A DNA stretch of 64,000 nucleotides from Mytilus trossulus (GCF_036588685.1 NC_086380.1:4898001-4962000), one strand, 5' to 3'; positions 50,301 to 64,000 are shown, numbered from the stretch's first letter. A program made the numbers and translations. Notes: generated from the sequence alone by a model not told the origin.

Positions 50301-50682
50301 AATACAAAGTATATAATTATATGGTAGCACCATAACAACTCTGCCTCTTTTTGTTGTTTGTGTTTCTTGGTAGCTGTCTCATTGGAATAAACCCAACATT
50401 CTACTAGATAGAGTTTAATGGCGACAACCCTTGCGGCTATTGTGCCATTATTTCCGTTTTTCCTTTATTTTAAGCATTCACTTACAAGATAATTTCTAAT
50501 ATAAAGAAATATAAAATAAACCCAGCAAGACTTCGAAAGTATGGAAATTACGTTGGAAAAGTTGGAGGTAAAAATGCTTCATCCAAACTTGAGTATCTGA
50601 AAATAATATGCAACACACACGCATCAATGTCTTAAAAATTATTAAAATAAAACTAAAACGTATAAAACACTGAAAGCTATGC

Positions 50683-50760
50683 AATAATAAAAATAATAAT
50701 AATAATAATAATTATAATAATGATTTTTTTTTAATAATACTAATAATAATAATGTTAAAA

Positions 50761-50818
<58 letters not shown>

Positions 50819-50850
50819 AAAAAAAATTAATAATACTAATAATAATAATG
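50683..50850. repeat. (TAA)n microsatellite
   Basis: Direct reading of the sequence. Confidence 0.95.
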
Positions 50851-51234
50851 TTAAAAGTGATAAAACAAATGTATCATCTAAAATTAATTGTATAATTGTA
50901 TAAAATCTCATATTTTATAAAAGTACAATAAAGTTCAATAAAGAAAAAGTTAAGAAAAGGTTCTGTTTCGATATTGCTTAGGAATATATATATATAATTA
51001 AATATGTATAAATGCAGCTATTAAAAGCTACTATCCTTTAAAGTGTTGCAGTGACCTTTGTGTATTTGGCATGAGTAACATATAAAAGATACCGTAACAC
51101 TTTCAATCAATAATCATTTATAAGCAGCTTAACCTGATCGAACCGTTTGCAGCTAGATATTAATATACGGGAGTCAATGTATTTATAACTCATGAATCAC
51201 AAGGTATCTTAAATTAATGCAGATTTCAATAACT

Positions 51235-51315
51235 AAAAATTCCCAATCAATTTCCCTTGTCTCTGCGCATGGTTTCGGAAACTAATATAAGTCGGAGGTC
51301 AACATCCGGAAGTGT
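51235..51315 (+). promoter_or_regulatory. Candidate promoter of the BH3-only gene
   Basis: Cluster of an ETS-like CCGGAAGTG, a TATA-like AATATAAG and kB-like AAATTCCC/AATTTCCC motifs ~200-280 nt upstream of the ATG. Confidence 0.35.
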
Positions 51316-51517
51316 GCAAGAAAGATCGACCATTTACTCCACCCAAGTCAAAGACGTATCAGGCAAATCGCCAGTGCTTTCTATACATATATTTCAACCA
51401 ATCAAATTCCGAGTTTTGTTTGACAGACTACCACAAATACCCGCGTTTTCTCAGTACATTTTTAATGTTAAGGATTAAATCGACAATTAAAGATCCGATA
51501 AAACAATTACTGACCAT

Positions 51518-51784
51518 ATGTGTATCTGTGAAAAAATTTTGCTGGCTACCTTTGGAATGCAAGAAAACGAAAATGAATCTTTACATGTCTCTTTTGCTAG
51601 AGAACAGGCTATTGTTGAAGTTGCAGCCAGGCTCAGATGTATTGGGGATGATTTGAATAAGCGCTATTCTGCTTCTAAATCTAAGGATGGTTTTCACCCT
51701 TTTCAGAATGCTATTTTGCAGGAGGTTCTTTTGGAAATGAAAAGACATTTTCTACATTTTGCAGGCTATTTACAACCTAAGTGA
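51518..51784 (+). CDS. Putative BH3-only pro-apoptotic Bcl-2-family protein (88 aa)
   Basis: Canonical BH3 motif VAARLRCIGDDLNKRY, with no BH1/BH2 visible. Strong donor AAG/GTACGT 11 nt after the stop (51796), acceptors at 51976/52037, a long AU-rich downstream region and AATAAA at ~53922. Confidence 0.75.
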   Translation: MCICEKILLATFGMQENENESLHVSFAREQAIVEVAARLRCIGDDLNKRYSASKSKDGFHPFQNAILQEVLLEMKRHFLHFAGYLQPK

Positions 51785-54700
51785 AATGACTTAAGGTACG
51801 TTGGTTTCGATATTACTGTAAAGACTTTTTAAAACGTATACTATTTTATTGCTAATTTTATGAGAAATGTTGCTTACAGTTGTAATTTAAAAAAAGTGAA
51901 ATATAATGATATTAAAATGCAAATTAAACTTGATGTATATTTTACCCTTGCATACTTCTTTTGCTTTTGTTTCTAGGAAGAATATATATACAAAACCTTT
52001 AAACACACATTATTTATTTATTTTTGTTTATTTTCAGATTCAAATGTGACGTTTTACATCCCAGTGAATGGAAGAATACACTTCCAAAAAAAAACACCGA
52101 AAAAAACAATGCCATGAAAGTCATCGACATCATATATTTTTCAAGCATTTTCTGATTTCATCTCTAGTCATCCAAAAAATAACAAGGAAAAATCGTAATC
52201 AGAAATTCAGACGAAAAAGTATTTATTCAGGTGGACCCTATGTGGTTACACAGATAACAACAGATAGAGAAGAGGGTCTTCCGGTACGGACGATGAACTG
52301 TTCAGAGACTGTCTGGTACTGCAATGTAATCACGCGGGAAAAGTTGATTAATAAATATGATCATTAATTCATACAGATGTTGGACTAAGTGTCACTGACA
52401 GATAATAATAAGATCAATTAAACATGAGAGAATAAGATCAATTAAACATGAGAATATTTACTAACAGAGAGTGTAAGTGAAGAATGGCGCCCGTTTCTAT
52501 GGTCTTATTCGATGCAATCTATAAAAAAAACGTTTTCGTTTTCCTGAATTTTTATAATTTTAACTTTTAATGTGCAATACGTTCATATATATTTTCAAGC
52601 TCTATTACTTTTGATTAGAGTTATTTTTGTGATATGTAGATAAACTTCTATGATAAGTATGATATTTTAGTTTTTAAACAATTCATGATCAAGTGTCAAA
52701 TTATATTATTCAGTCTATTTAGAATCTTATTTATTTCGTTTTCAATACACTTAAGTGGATCTAATTATATTAATGTTCTATACTAATATCTTTGAAAAGG
52801 TGTGAAGAACCTCGTTTGCTTTTATGTTGGATCGCTACTTCAAATTTTAATGCAACACCTGTTATGTTTACAAATCGAAAATCTACAATATTTAAGCAGC
52901 TTATACCCATGTAAAGCACTATTTTGATAAATAAAGTAATAAGAGTTTTAAACTTTTAAGTGAAATATAATATTTTCTTTTTGTGCAGTTAAACTCAGGC
53001 TAAAATGTTTAAAATTGAATCAATTTTCCATTAGTTATGTGGTTATAATAGTTTTTCTATTTAAAAATTATGTTAAATAGCATTATACAATTTCACATTC
53101 CAGTATATTTTAGTTTTAAAAACTCCATCGGAAATCATAATTTGTATGTCTTTTGACAAAGTTATTGACATTTAAGCATTGTTTTAATACTTTTGAAGTA
53201 CATTGTATGTGTTAAAATCAATTAAATCATTTGTGTATTCATGTTTATTTTGCCCTAGTATCAATGTAGGCAAACAACCCGGTGATAATTAATAAAACGA
53301 TCATTTTCAATTTAAATAAGGAAAATCAATCATCATATTTATTCTATAACTTATATGTATCGAATACATAATTTAAGTGCTATAAATTATTTCATTTTAT
53401 TATATACAGGGAATTTACTTGTGAATTATATATTGTTGTGTGTTAAAATATTTGTTTTCAATATTTTTTAATTCGTTTCTGAATTTAGTTATTTTTCCAA
53501 AAGATTTGTTTCTTTTGTAAATAGTAATTATTTTACAATTTTACAAATCTGAAAATTCTAGTATTTTTCATGAGTGAGCAAGATTGATTCATAAATTTAC
53601 AAAACGAAAAATTCAGTGTACAATTTTATAAGAGAGCGAAATAAAAGAAATGTCATGTGTTCCAAAAAAAATTAATACTTCAGTTCGATGAACTCGAGTA
53701 TGATGAGTTATTTGTGTGTGCGTACGTGTATGTGTGTGTGTGTGTGTTATAAAAGTTCTTTCTACAATCGATATACCTCAGAAATATATGTATTTCATGT
53801 GTTGAATTTTACAAAAAAACGTTTGTTAAACAAATGTTGAAAAATCTTTGAACTGTGATGATATGTTATGTATTTTCTACATTTGGTGCAATCACTCAGG
53901 TGCCATTATTGATATTATACAAATAAATATTTAATTCTTACATGTAAAGTGTCTTTATATTACTGACCAACCCCTAGAGACCCCACTAGACATTTATAGA
54001 TGAACTATAATTCCAAGAAACGTTGACTGCTGGCTTCATGTCTTTTGTAGCCTCAGTTTTCGCATATACATATATACGTGAAAACTATTTTTTTTTAATA
54101 AACAAGTTATTTAGTATGAAAGGGGGAGTCATGCACATGAGACAACTATCCACCAGGTACATAATGACGATTATAGGTTATCGTATGGTAATATATATTA
54201 CCATATATCGCGACTAGATACATCAGTGGCGCACACACATTTCCTGGATAAGTTTTACTCAGTATTTTGAGTTCATTTCCAGTATTATACAGATGGTCTC
54301 CAACAATTACCAAATTCAATATCGTAAAGTCAGCTCCGCCGAGACAAAATGTGAAGCAATTCAAATACACAAAACAAAAGCTTAACACAAAATCTTACAG
54401 TCAGCAACAAACGATTACCACTGGAGTTCAACACTCATTCTAAGATTGATTTTTAATGTTGAAGAAGTTATATTATCAAGCATTTTAGAAGCATCCCTTC
54501 TTACACTCGTAACTTAAACCCAGAAAACATGCGTATTTCGTCAAACAATCTGTAAACAAGACATTTTTAATACGTTTTATTTTATTTGGATTTCCATGCC
54601 TACAGTTATATAATGTTTCTCATTTATGTCCAACTTATTTTACCATCAACTTCCATTAATGAAATCAGACAAGGTTCTTCCCTGTTTTATTTAAAGGTTC

Positions 54701-55107
54701 CATGTAATTGTTGATCACCCATACATGCTTGAATATGTCCCCATTCTTTAATATGCACTTTTAAATTACAGTCGGGGATGGTTGCTTGAGAGAGCTGTCA
54801 AAATATTCTATTAACTTGATGTTCTATATTTCTTTTACTGTCATTGATCAATGTGGAGAGTGGAGAGCTGTCTGATTGGCGGGTTCGTTCTTATGTTGTA
54901 CTGTTATACCACTGTCCCGGGTTATGGGAGGGTTGGGATCTCGCTAACATGTTTAACCCCGCCACATTATTTATGTATGTGCCTGTCCCAAGTCAGGAGC
55001 CTGTACTTCAGTGGTTGTCGTTTGTTTATGTGTTACATATTTGTTTTTCGTTCATTTTTTTTACCTAAATAAGGCCGTTAGTTTTCTCGTTTGTATTGTT
55101 TTACATT

Positions 55108-58100
55108 GTCTTATCGGGGCCTTTTTTTAGCTTACTATATGCGGTATGGGCTTTGCTCATTGTTGAAGGCCGTACGGTGACATATAGTTGTTAATGTTTG
55201 TGTCATTTTGGTCTTTTTTGGATAGATGTCTCATTGGCAATCATACCACATCTTCTTTTTTATATGTCTCGTCTACTTATTTTTCTAATTGATATATATC
55301 TTGTCCCTCCGTAATTATATCCAAGGTTGCATACACAGAGATTAAAAAGAAGATAGGCTTTTTATGAAACAAAATTTCATCTCAAATGTATAACGGCAAC
55401 AGTTAAGATATCGCACGGCGTAAAGACGGGCCAATTGTCTTCTGACGGTCGGTATCTTCAGCCATTCAATTGTTACTTAAACACATTATTGGCAACAAAT
55501 TCTCGAGTTGAACTTTCTAACTTTCTAGTCCCCTTTATTCAAAATGACCCACTTTGCAGTAAAATGAACTTACTCTATAAATTAATTATAAATTTAAACT
55601 CGTCCCCGATTTGCATGAAATATTTGCCGCTGAATGAAAAAAAAAATATCAGTAGACGAATCATTTTGTTTGTCTCCACACAGTAACATTGTGCTACTGG
55701 GTCGGAAAAACATAACGCGATCAATCATAATAACTTCAAATAAATTAATTATGTTTATGACGTCTTTACACTAAATCCATTGGATGTTGGATGTGTACGG
55801 ATTGATAGTTTAGTCGAAATTGCATGATTTATTTATTAGTTGTAAGTGGCTTTGAACTAGCTGTCAGATAACTGCGAGTACTCTCAGATCTGTTCATAGT
55901 GTCTTATCGGGGCCTTTTATATTTGACTATATGCGGTATGGGCTTTACTCATTGTTGAAGGCCGTACGGTGACATATAGTTGTTAATGTTTGTGTCATTT
56001 TGGTCTTTTTTGGATAGTTGTCTCATTGGCAATCATACCACATCTTCTTTTGTATATGTCCCATCTTCTTATTTTTCTAATTGATATATATCTTGTCCCT
56101 CCGTAATTATATCCAAGAGATTAAAAAGAAGATAGGCTTTTTATGAAACAAAATTTCATCTCAAACAGTTAAGATATCGCACGGCGTAAAGATGGGCCAA
56201 TTGTCCTCAGACGGTCGGTATCTTCAGCCATGCAATTGTTACTTAAACACATTATTGGCAACAAATTCTCGAGTTGAACTTTCTAACTTTCTAGTCCCCT
56301 TTATCCAAAATGACCCACTTTGCAGTAAATTGAACTTACTGTATATATTAATTGTAAATTTGAACTCGTCCCCGATTTGCATGAAATATTTGCCGCTGAA
56401 TGAAAAAAAAAATATCAGTAGACGAATCAATTTGTTTGCCTCCACACAGTAACATTGTGCTACTGGGTCGGAAAAACATAACGCGATCAATCATAATAAC
56501 TTCAAATAAATTAATTATGTTTATGACGTCTTTACACTAAATCCATTGGATGTTGGATGTGTACGGATTGATAGTTTATTCTTAAATGCATGATTTATTT
56601 ATTAGTTGTAAGTGGCTTTGAACTAGCTGTCAGATAACTGCGAGCACTCTCAGATCTGTTCATTGTGTCTTATCGGGGCCTTTTATATTTGACTATATGC
56701 GGTATGGGCTTTGCTCATTGTTGAAGGCCGTACGGTGACATATAGTTGTTAATGTTTGTGTCATTTTGGTCTTTTTTGGATAGTTGTCTCATTGGCAATC
56801 ATACCACATCTTCTTTTTTATATGTCCCATCTTCTTATTTTTCTAATTGATATATATCTTGTCCCTCCGTAATTATATCCAAGGTTGCATACACAGAGAT
56901 TAAAAAGAAGATAGGCTTTTTATGAAACAAAATTTCATCTCAAATGTATAACAGTTAAGATATCGCACGGCGTAAAAATGGGCCAATTGTCTTCTGACGG
57001 TCGGTATCTTCAGCCATGCAATTGTTACTTAAACACATTATTGGCAACAAATTCTCGAGTTGAACTTTCTAACTTTCTAGTCCCTTTTATCCAAAATTAC
57101 CCACTTTGCAGTAAATTGAACTTACTGTATATATTAATTGTAAATTTGAACTCGTCCCCGATTTGCATGAAATATTTGCCGCTGAATGATAAAAAAAATA
57201 TCAGTAGACGAATCATTTTGTTTGTCTCCACACAGTAACATTGTGCTACTGGGTCGGAAAAACATAACGCGATCAATCATAATAACTTTAAATAAATTAA
57301 TTATGTTTATGACGTCTTTACACTAAATCCATTGGATGTTGGATGTGTACGGATTGATAGTTTATTCTTAAATGCATGATTTATTAATTAGTTGTAAGTG
57401 GCTTTGAACTAGCTGTCAGATAACTGCGAGCACTCTCAGATCTGTTCATTGTGTCTTATCGGGGCCTTTTATATCTGACTATATGCGTTATGGGCTTTGC
57501 TCATTGTTGAAGGCCGTACGGTGACATATAGTTGTTAATGTTTGTGTCATTTTGGTCTTTTTTGGATAGTTGTCTCATTGGCAATCATACCACATCTTCT
57601 TTTTTATATGTCCCATCTTCTTATTTTTCTAATTGATATATATCTTGTCCCTCCGTAATTATATCCAAGGTTGCATACACAGAGATTAAAAAGAAGATAG
57701 GCTTTTTATGAAACAAAATTTCATCTCAAATGTATAACGGCAACAGTTAAGATATCGCACGGCGTAAAGATGGGCCAATTGTCTTCTGACGTTCGGTATC
57801 TTCAGCCATGCAATTGTTACTTAAACACATTATTGGCAACAAATTCTCGAGTTGAACTTTCTAACTTTCTAGTCCCCTTTATCCAAAATGACCCACTTTG
57901 CAGTAAATTGAACTTATTGTATATATTAATTGTAAATTTGAACTCGTCCCCGATTTGCATGAAATATTTGCCGCTGAATGAAAAAAAAAAATATCAGTAG
58001 ACGAATCATTTTGTTTGCCTCCACACAGTAACATTGTGCTACTGGGTCGGAAAAACATAACGCGATCAATCATAATAAAATTATGTTTATGACGTCTTTA

Positions 58101-58235
58101 CACTAAATCCATTGGATGTTGGATGTGTACGGATTGATAGTTTAGTCTTAAATGCATGCTTGATTTATTAGTTGTAAGTGGCTTTGAACTAGCTGTCAGA
58201 TAACTGCGAGTACTCTCAGATCTGTTCATTGTGTC
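55108..58235. repeat. ~770-790-bp tandem repeat x4
   Basis: GTCTTATCGGGGCC at 55108, 55901, 56667 and 57453. The units are near identical. Confidence 0.95.
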
Positions 58236-58710
58236 TTTTTGTGGCGGGATGTATAAGTACGCAGCCACGTCCACTTGTATGTTTGTCCATCTGATGAATA
58301 AAGCCTTTTTCAACTGATTTTTATAGTTCGTTCTTATGTTGTACTGTTATACCACTGTCCCAGGTTAGGGGGAGGGTTGGAATCCCGCTAACATGTTTAA
58401 CCCCGCCACATTATTTATGTATGTGCCTCTCCCAAGTCAGGAGCCTGTAATTTCAGTGGTTGTCGTTTGTTTATGTGTTACATATTTGTTTTTTGTTCAT
58501 TTTTTTTTACATAAATAAGGCCGTTAGTTTTCTTGTTTGAATTGTTTTACATTGTCTTATCGGGGCCCTTTATAGCTGACTATGCGGTATGGGCTTTGTT
58601 CATTGTTGAAGGCCGTACGGTGACCTATAGTCGTTAATGTCTGTGCCGTCATTTTGGTCTTTTGTGGATAGTTTACTCATTGGCAATCATACCACATCTT
58701 CTTTTTTATA
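58080..58710 (+). mobile_element. Repeat family A, long copy
   Basis: Reverse complement of 3654-4295; ends CACATCTTCTTTTTTATAT. Confidence 0.8.
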
Positions 58711-59167
58711 TTAACATCGTCTCGATAGTATCGTGGTTGAGTGTTCGCTAGTGCACGGGTGCTGTCTGAGGTTGGTTCGATCCCTGTCAAGTCATTAAAA
58801 AATGGAGACTGATATTTGAATTATTTAAGGCATACTCGGCAGAAATATTGCCTTGCGAAAAGTAAAGTCATAAAAATACAAAACTCTGAAGAAAATTCAA
58901 AACGGGAATATAAAAAAGAAGATGTGGTATGATTGCCAATGAGACATCTATCCACAAAAGACCAAAATGACACAGACATTAAAAACTATGGGTCACTGTA
59001 CGTCTTCAACAATGAGCAAAGCCCATACCGAATAGTCAGCTATAAAAGTCCATAATCAAATAACAAAATCAACACTCACACACATAAAACGAAAAGATAT
59101 AACAACTGTTATAGTCCTGACTTGATACAGATTTTTTACTAAACCTGTCAATGGTATGGCAGTCGCA

Positions 59168-60462
59168 TCAAATTCCATTTTATTGACAACGATGTGTGAA
59201 CAAAACAAACAGTCATAATAGCTAAAATGTCAAATATAAGGGTACACAGAAAACATTGAGTTATAATCTTTATCACCATGAAAACAATCAAATATGTAAC
59301 AAAGAAGCACAAACAGGCATGTAGACACAGCACATTAGCAAATATGAAAGACAAGAATACGGCATAAACTATCATAGAACAATACCATAATGACGGGATG
59401 TATAAGTACAGAGCCACGTCAAATGAAATCGCAAAAAAAAACCCCAGATGTAACAGTAAAATACAACATTTGCAACAAACCACTTACAAACACAAACACG
59501 TGACATCGGTTGTAAAATCATCACAATTCTGAAAGGGGACGTAAAGGCGAATTTAAACATCCCACACATCGAATAAAACGCCTCACTTTGACATAGATTT
59601 TACTTAAGGTAGCAAGATGATTAAGGTGGCATAATGCTACATCCCTTTCATCCCTGGAGTTTCATTTTTTAAGAGTCTATATCATACACTCAATCATATC
59701 AATTGTAAGTCGTGCGGCACAATTGCACTACGACAAATTTACATAGATAGTTCATAAAAAATATACATTTTTGTGAATATAAGAAACTTATGAGATAGAG
59801 TATGCTCTGAGAAAATCAGAAAAAGAAAAAATGGTGTCACTGAACTTGCTTGCTTGGTACAAAATGAATTTTCACCGGATTTCAAATGATAAAATTATTT
59901 TAATATACGAGTTATTTCCCCTTAAATTTCTAAGTTTGAGAAATCATTCTAAAACACGAGTATTTCTTTTAACATTTTACATAATGCAATAAATCACTAT
60001 TTTATCTTTACATCAAATTTCATTTTATTGACAACGATGTGTGAACAAAACAAACAGTCATAATAGCTAAAATGTCAAATATAAGGGTACACAGAAAACA
60101 TTTTTTTTGTGTTATAATCTTTATCACCATAAAAACAATCAAATATGTAACAAAGAAGCACAAACAGGCATGTAGACACAGCACATTAGCAAATATGAAA
60201 GACAAGAATACGGCATAAACTATCATAGAACAATACCATAATGACGGGATGTATAAGTACAGAGCCACGTCAAATGAAATTGCAAAAAAAAAAACCCAGA
60301 TGTAACAGTAAAATACAACATTTGCAACAAACCACTTACAAACACAAACACGTGACATCGGTTGTAAAATCATCACAATTCTGAAAGGGGACGTAAAGGC
60401 GAATTTAAACATCCCACACATCGAATAAAACGCCCCACGTTGACTTACATTTTACTTAAGGT
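59168..60462. repeat. ~445-bp direct duplication separated by a DNA-transposon-like fragment
   Basis: 59168-59609 matches 60013-60462. Both copies end at CTTAAGGT. Confidence 0.85.
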
Positions 60463-62803
60463 TCCACTAAAGTCAAAATATAGGACACTTCATAAACATC
60501 TAAACTTTGCCTGTATTTTTCAACCTATAATGAATAAAGTCATAAACTATGAAAACATATGTTCATTTAAACATACTTTACATATACACACTGTGTAAAT
60601 TGTAAATAAACTTGAAATTGTTATGTTGTGGCCAAACCGGTTCTTGGGGTGAATACTAAATTTTCAAAAAAATCTGCAGGCCTGCAAGACGACTTAATTT
60701 GCTTAAAATTGGTATGGACGAATACTATTACATGTAATGCAAAAGAAACAGCGAGGTGATGGCAAACAAAAAATGCACTGGAAAAAGGGTTATTTGGACT
60801 GGTTAAACATACTGCATGCAACAGACAAACTAGAGATTAAACACAACGATTTAAAAAAAAAAAAAAAATAACGTACAGAGAACATGCGCTTGTTGGTCGG
60901 AGTCAGTCAGTGCATTTCTGTTGTTTTTCAGAAATATTTTTGCTGTATTTGTTGTTGCTATTTGTTTTTATTTATATTTGTTGCCGTAATACATTTGTAA
61001 GTGTACTATAGTACAATTTGAAGGAATCAATGTATTCGGAGATTTTGTTTTTACTTGCTTCCATATCTAGACAATGTATGCAATTTATTACATGTAAATG
61101 TCCTAGAAAGAAGACATAGGAAATGTTGAACCCGAGTTCTTGCTTCATGCACACAAATAATATATGATAATTCTCGGTCACTATTTATTCTTTCGAGTGC
61201 TTAACCGAATATAGTACAAATGTAACCGAATTTATATATGTTTACAAATTTCGTAAGTCTTTATCGACAACACCTAAAGGTGTATTCCATTTGTCTGGTT
61301 AAGTGGAATAATGTAGAATTACTAACTAAGTACTAACTAATTATTGGAAAATTGACAGTTGTCCATTGACCAATAACATTCGCGAATTAATTCTGGCCAT
61401 GGATATATCACACTCGTTCAACATAGAAAATACAAAGATATAGTCATTAATTTTGGATTGAAAAACTAAGTTTTCCATTTTTTTAAACTTTTTCATGATG
61501 AACATGAAAATAGTATAAGTGTAAGTAGTAAAAAATTAGCATATCAGTGCACTTTTAAAAGAAATTAACAGATAATGCTGAAAATCCTCTCAAGAATGTT
61601 TTGTATATAGTAGGCGGAGCTTTATTTATAATTACAAAAATGCCATTCAGTTTCATTTTAATCGTATTTAAATTTGTTAAGCGTGCAAACTATTTAGTAC
61701 GAACACAATACCTGCCATTTTAATCTCATTTGGAAAGCAGGGTATGTTAGTCGTCTGCTTGTGTCACTAGACGTGCGAAGAATTGACACACATGAATAAT
61801 TCTGTCTATTTGAAATTATATAGTAATTAAATATTCATAATGGTTTAAGAACAATGACCCGATGACGAATGAGGAACAATTTACGGACAGTAAACGATGA
61901 CCATCTATTTATTAGAATACATCAACAGTTCCAGATTGATGGCTAATTAAATAGTTGATACCATGCCATTGAAAGCATCCGGGACATGCGAATATATTAA
62001 AAATCAGGAATGTGTGGTTTAAAACAATTTGAAGTATGTTCTATGTTTATCTTTGAGTGTCCTCAAATTGATTATCTCGAATATATTAATATTGTAGTAT
62101 GCAAATGAAGTTTATTTCGTCTGACACTGTTGTCTGTTTTGGTTTTGTTTTTTTGTATTTAGTATTGTCAAAAAAGACTTGAAAAGATGATTTAAAATGC
62201 CCTTCACAATTCGATTTTGTTTGGCGTTCAAACATTTTTATCCGAGTTCCCGGATGCTCCATCGAGCCTCATAATGATGAAAAACTAATAGGGGTGTTAA
62301 ATAACCTCAACTTATGGTCTCGTCCAACAACAAGACGTAACACAAAAAAATGCGACGCCAAATAATGTTTTCTTAAATTTGACGTCGATTAATTTTTGTA
62401 AGTTTCATTCGATTTTTAATATGTTGTTGTTTGATTCTGTTTTCTCCTGGATCGTGTCAAAACAGAGATTTTTCTGCCCAATTTACATATTATTTAGTCA
62501 CGTGCTCCATGCAATAACATAGGGAGTCTCCGTATTTCAATTCAAGCGTTTTAGATACCACATCTCTTTGCGAAAATTTACATAATATAAATTATTAGGC
62601 AGAGATGACCCGAGATAAATTTGACTATTTTTTTTTTGAAAATATATCGTATGGTTGACAAAATTCCACTAGAGACTAAATATTGTCCAAGTTAACATAT
62701 ATAAATATAATAATAACATTTAATACAGACAGTGAAGAATTACAAATATAAAAAAAACATAGTTATAAATGGTAATTAATGTAGCCTTTGATGGACATGG
62801 ACC

Positions 62804-63395
62804 TCATTTTCGCAATTCTAATGATTGCTTTATAAAGTCACCAATTTCTGTCAAAAGCTCAGATTTAGGATTTAAAAGTTGTTTAAGCTTTAAAAGTGGT
62901 TGATAATTTGTAAAATCAGAATTTAAATTATTAATCTTTAGAAATAAGCAATCTCTTAAAGTTGAATTTAGTTTGCAGTATAGTAAAAAATGGTATTCAT
63001 CATCAATTTTATTACAAAGTTTACATAACCTTTGATCTCTGGGTACATTTTTATATCTTCCCATTTCAACTTCTAGGTTATGGTCACTAACCCTTAATTT
63101 AGAAATTAATTGTCTGGTTTTAAAATTTGATTCTTTTTATAAATAATTTTCAATTTTTATCTCAGTTCTTATTTGACCATATAGAAATAATTTCGAACTG
63201 TCTGTTATAGAAGAAAGTTTATTCAAGACTTTTTTTGTATAAGATTCATGTGATACCTGTTTAAACTTCATCTTTAAGGAATATTTAATTTTATTGTATG
63301 GTTTATCACAAGTTTCAAAATCTTTAGCATTTAATCCAGTCTCTTTAAAAATATTTAGAGCAAATGTATACCAACTATGAAAACCATCAATAATA
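62804..63395 (-). mobile_element. LINE ORF2 C-terminus with CCHC zinc knuckle (RTE-X-like), inactivated
   Basis: ...RQLISKLRVSDHNLEVEMGRY...RLCKLCNKIDDEYHFLLYC. In-frame stop at 63139-63137. Truncated on its 5' side by another repeat from ~63405. Confidence 0.8.
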
Positions 63396-63406
63396 TAGTT
63401 CACCGT

Positions 63407-64000
63407 AAGGCCCTTTAGGTGGTATGGGAGTCTAAAATAAAAATGATAGAATTTGTTCATACTTTGCCGAAACGTAGTATATATTGATATATGTTGAAAA
63501 TTAAATAAAAATGAGAGGACACCGCGCATTTTCTCGAGCTACAGAACGTGACAAAATGACACATTTTGTATGGATTATACAGGAAAAAACACCATTTTTG
63601 GATTAGAAACTAAACAAAATGATAGAATTGTTTTAAAATATTTAAGGAAAAGATAGCTTTCAGACAATGCTTTGAGAATATCAAAAGAAAAGATAGGGTC
63701 ACTGTACGTTTTCCCCGGCTAAAATACAAGATAGGAAAATTCCATGTAGATTCTTTCCGAAAATGCACTGTTTTAGAGTTACCTCCCCTTAAAATGCCAA
63801 TTTAAAACAAAAATAAAAACAACCAAAATTAATCAACATTTGCAAAAATATTAATATTTATAAGTTATTTTCTTATAAATTTGGTCCTTTAAATGAAAAT
63901 TCACATTAAATATCTGCGTTATTGCATCAAATATTTGCTGACTTGATAGAAAAAATCTAGACCTTTGGTTCTCTGTTTTTTTACAATCCAAGATGGAGGA
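63407..64000. mobile_element. Probable non-autonomous DNA transposon, left part
   Basis: Abrupt junction with the LINE; terminus TTTAGGTGGTATGGGAGTC. The right end lies outside the window. Confidence 0.4.

Noticed and set aside
50642-50911. Poly-Leu ORF
   Set aside because: It is the (TTA)n microsatellite.
52068-52367. 99-aa Lys-rich ORF
   Set aside because: It lies in the probable 3' UTR exon of the BH3 gene, is low-complexity and has no recognisable motif.
55435-58000. Four MGQLSSDG... ORFs as a gene family
   Set aside because: They are by-products of the tandem repeat; start codons and frames are not maintained in all copies and no domain is recognisable.
59148-60421. Hydrophobic 111-aa and 133-aa minus-strand ORFs as membrane proteins
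   Set aside because: They are translations of a duplicated T-rich repeat, and the frames differ between the copies.

Overview
AT-rich, intron-containing animal DNA. The repeat content and C1q expansion point to a bivalve, probably a Mytilus-like mussel (inferred, not verified). Positions 1-26.5 kb hold a minus-strand tandem cluster of five complete two-exon secreted C1q-domain (C1qDC) genes. A sixth C1q exon at the window edge has no exon 1 of its own. Head-to-head with the cluster is a six-coding-exon LRRC14/PRAME-like gene (28291-35206, 543 aa) that needs a GC-AG intron and has a triplicated in-frame splice donor. A compact 88-aa BH3-only-like ORF lies at 51518-51784. The most striking non-coding signal is at 13.7-15.35 kb. 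There, a Penelope-like retroelement fragment is folded back into a ~680-bp palindrome. Its 3' region carries a complete type III hammerhead ribozyme with a predicted loop I/stem II pseudoknot, and it sits directly upstream of a C1q gene on the same strand. Three further type I hammerheads, three unrelated elements sharing a hairpin-plus-inverted-repeat layout, LINE/SINE/HINE fragments, satellites and several tandem duplications fill the rest.
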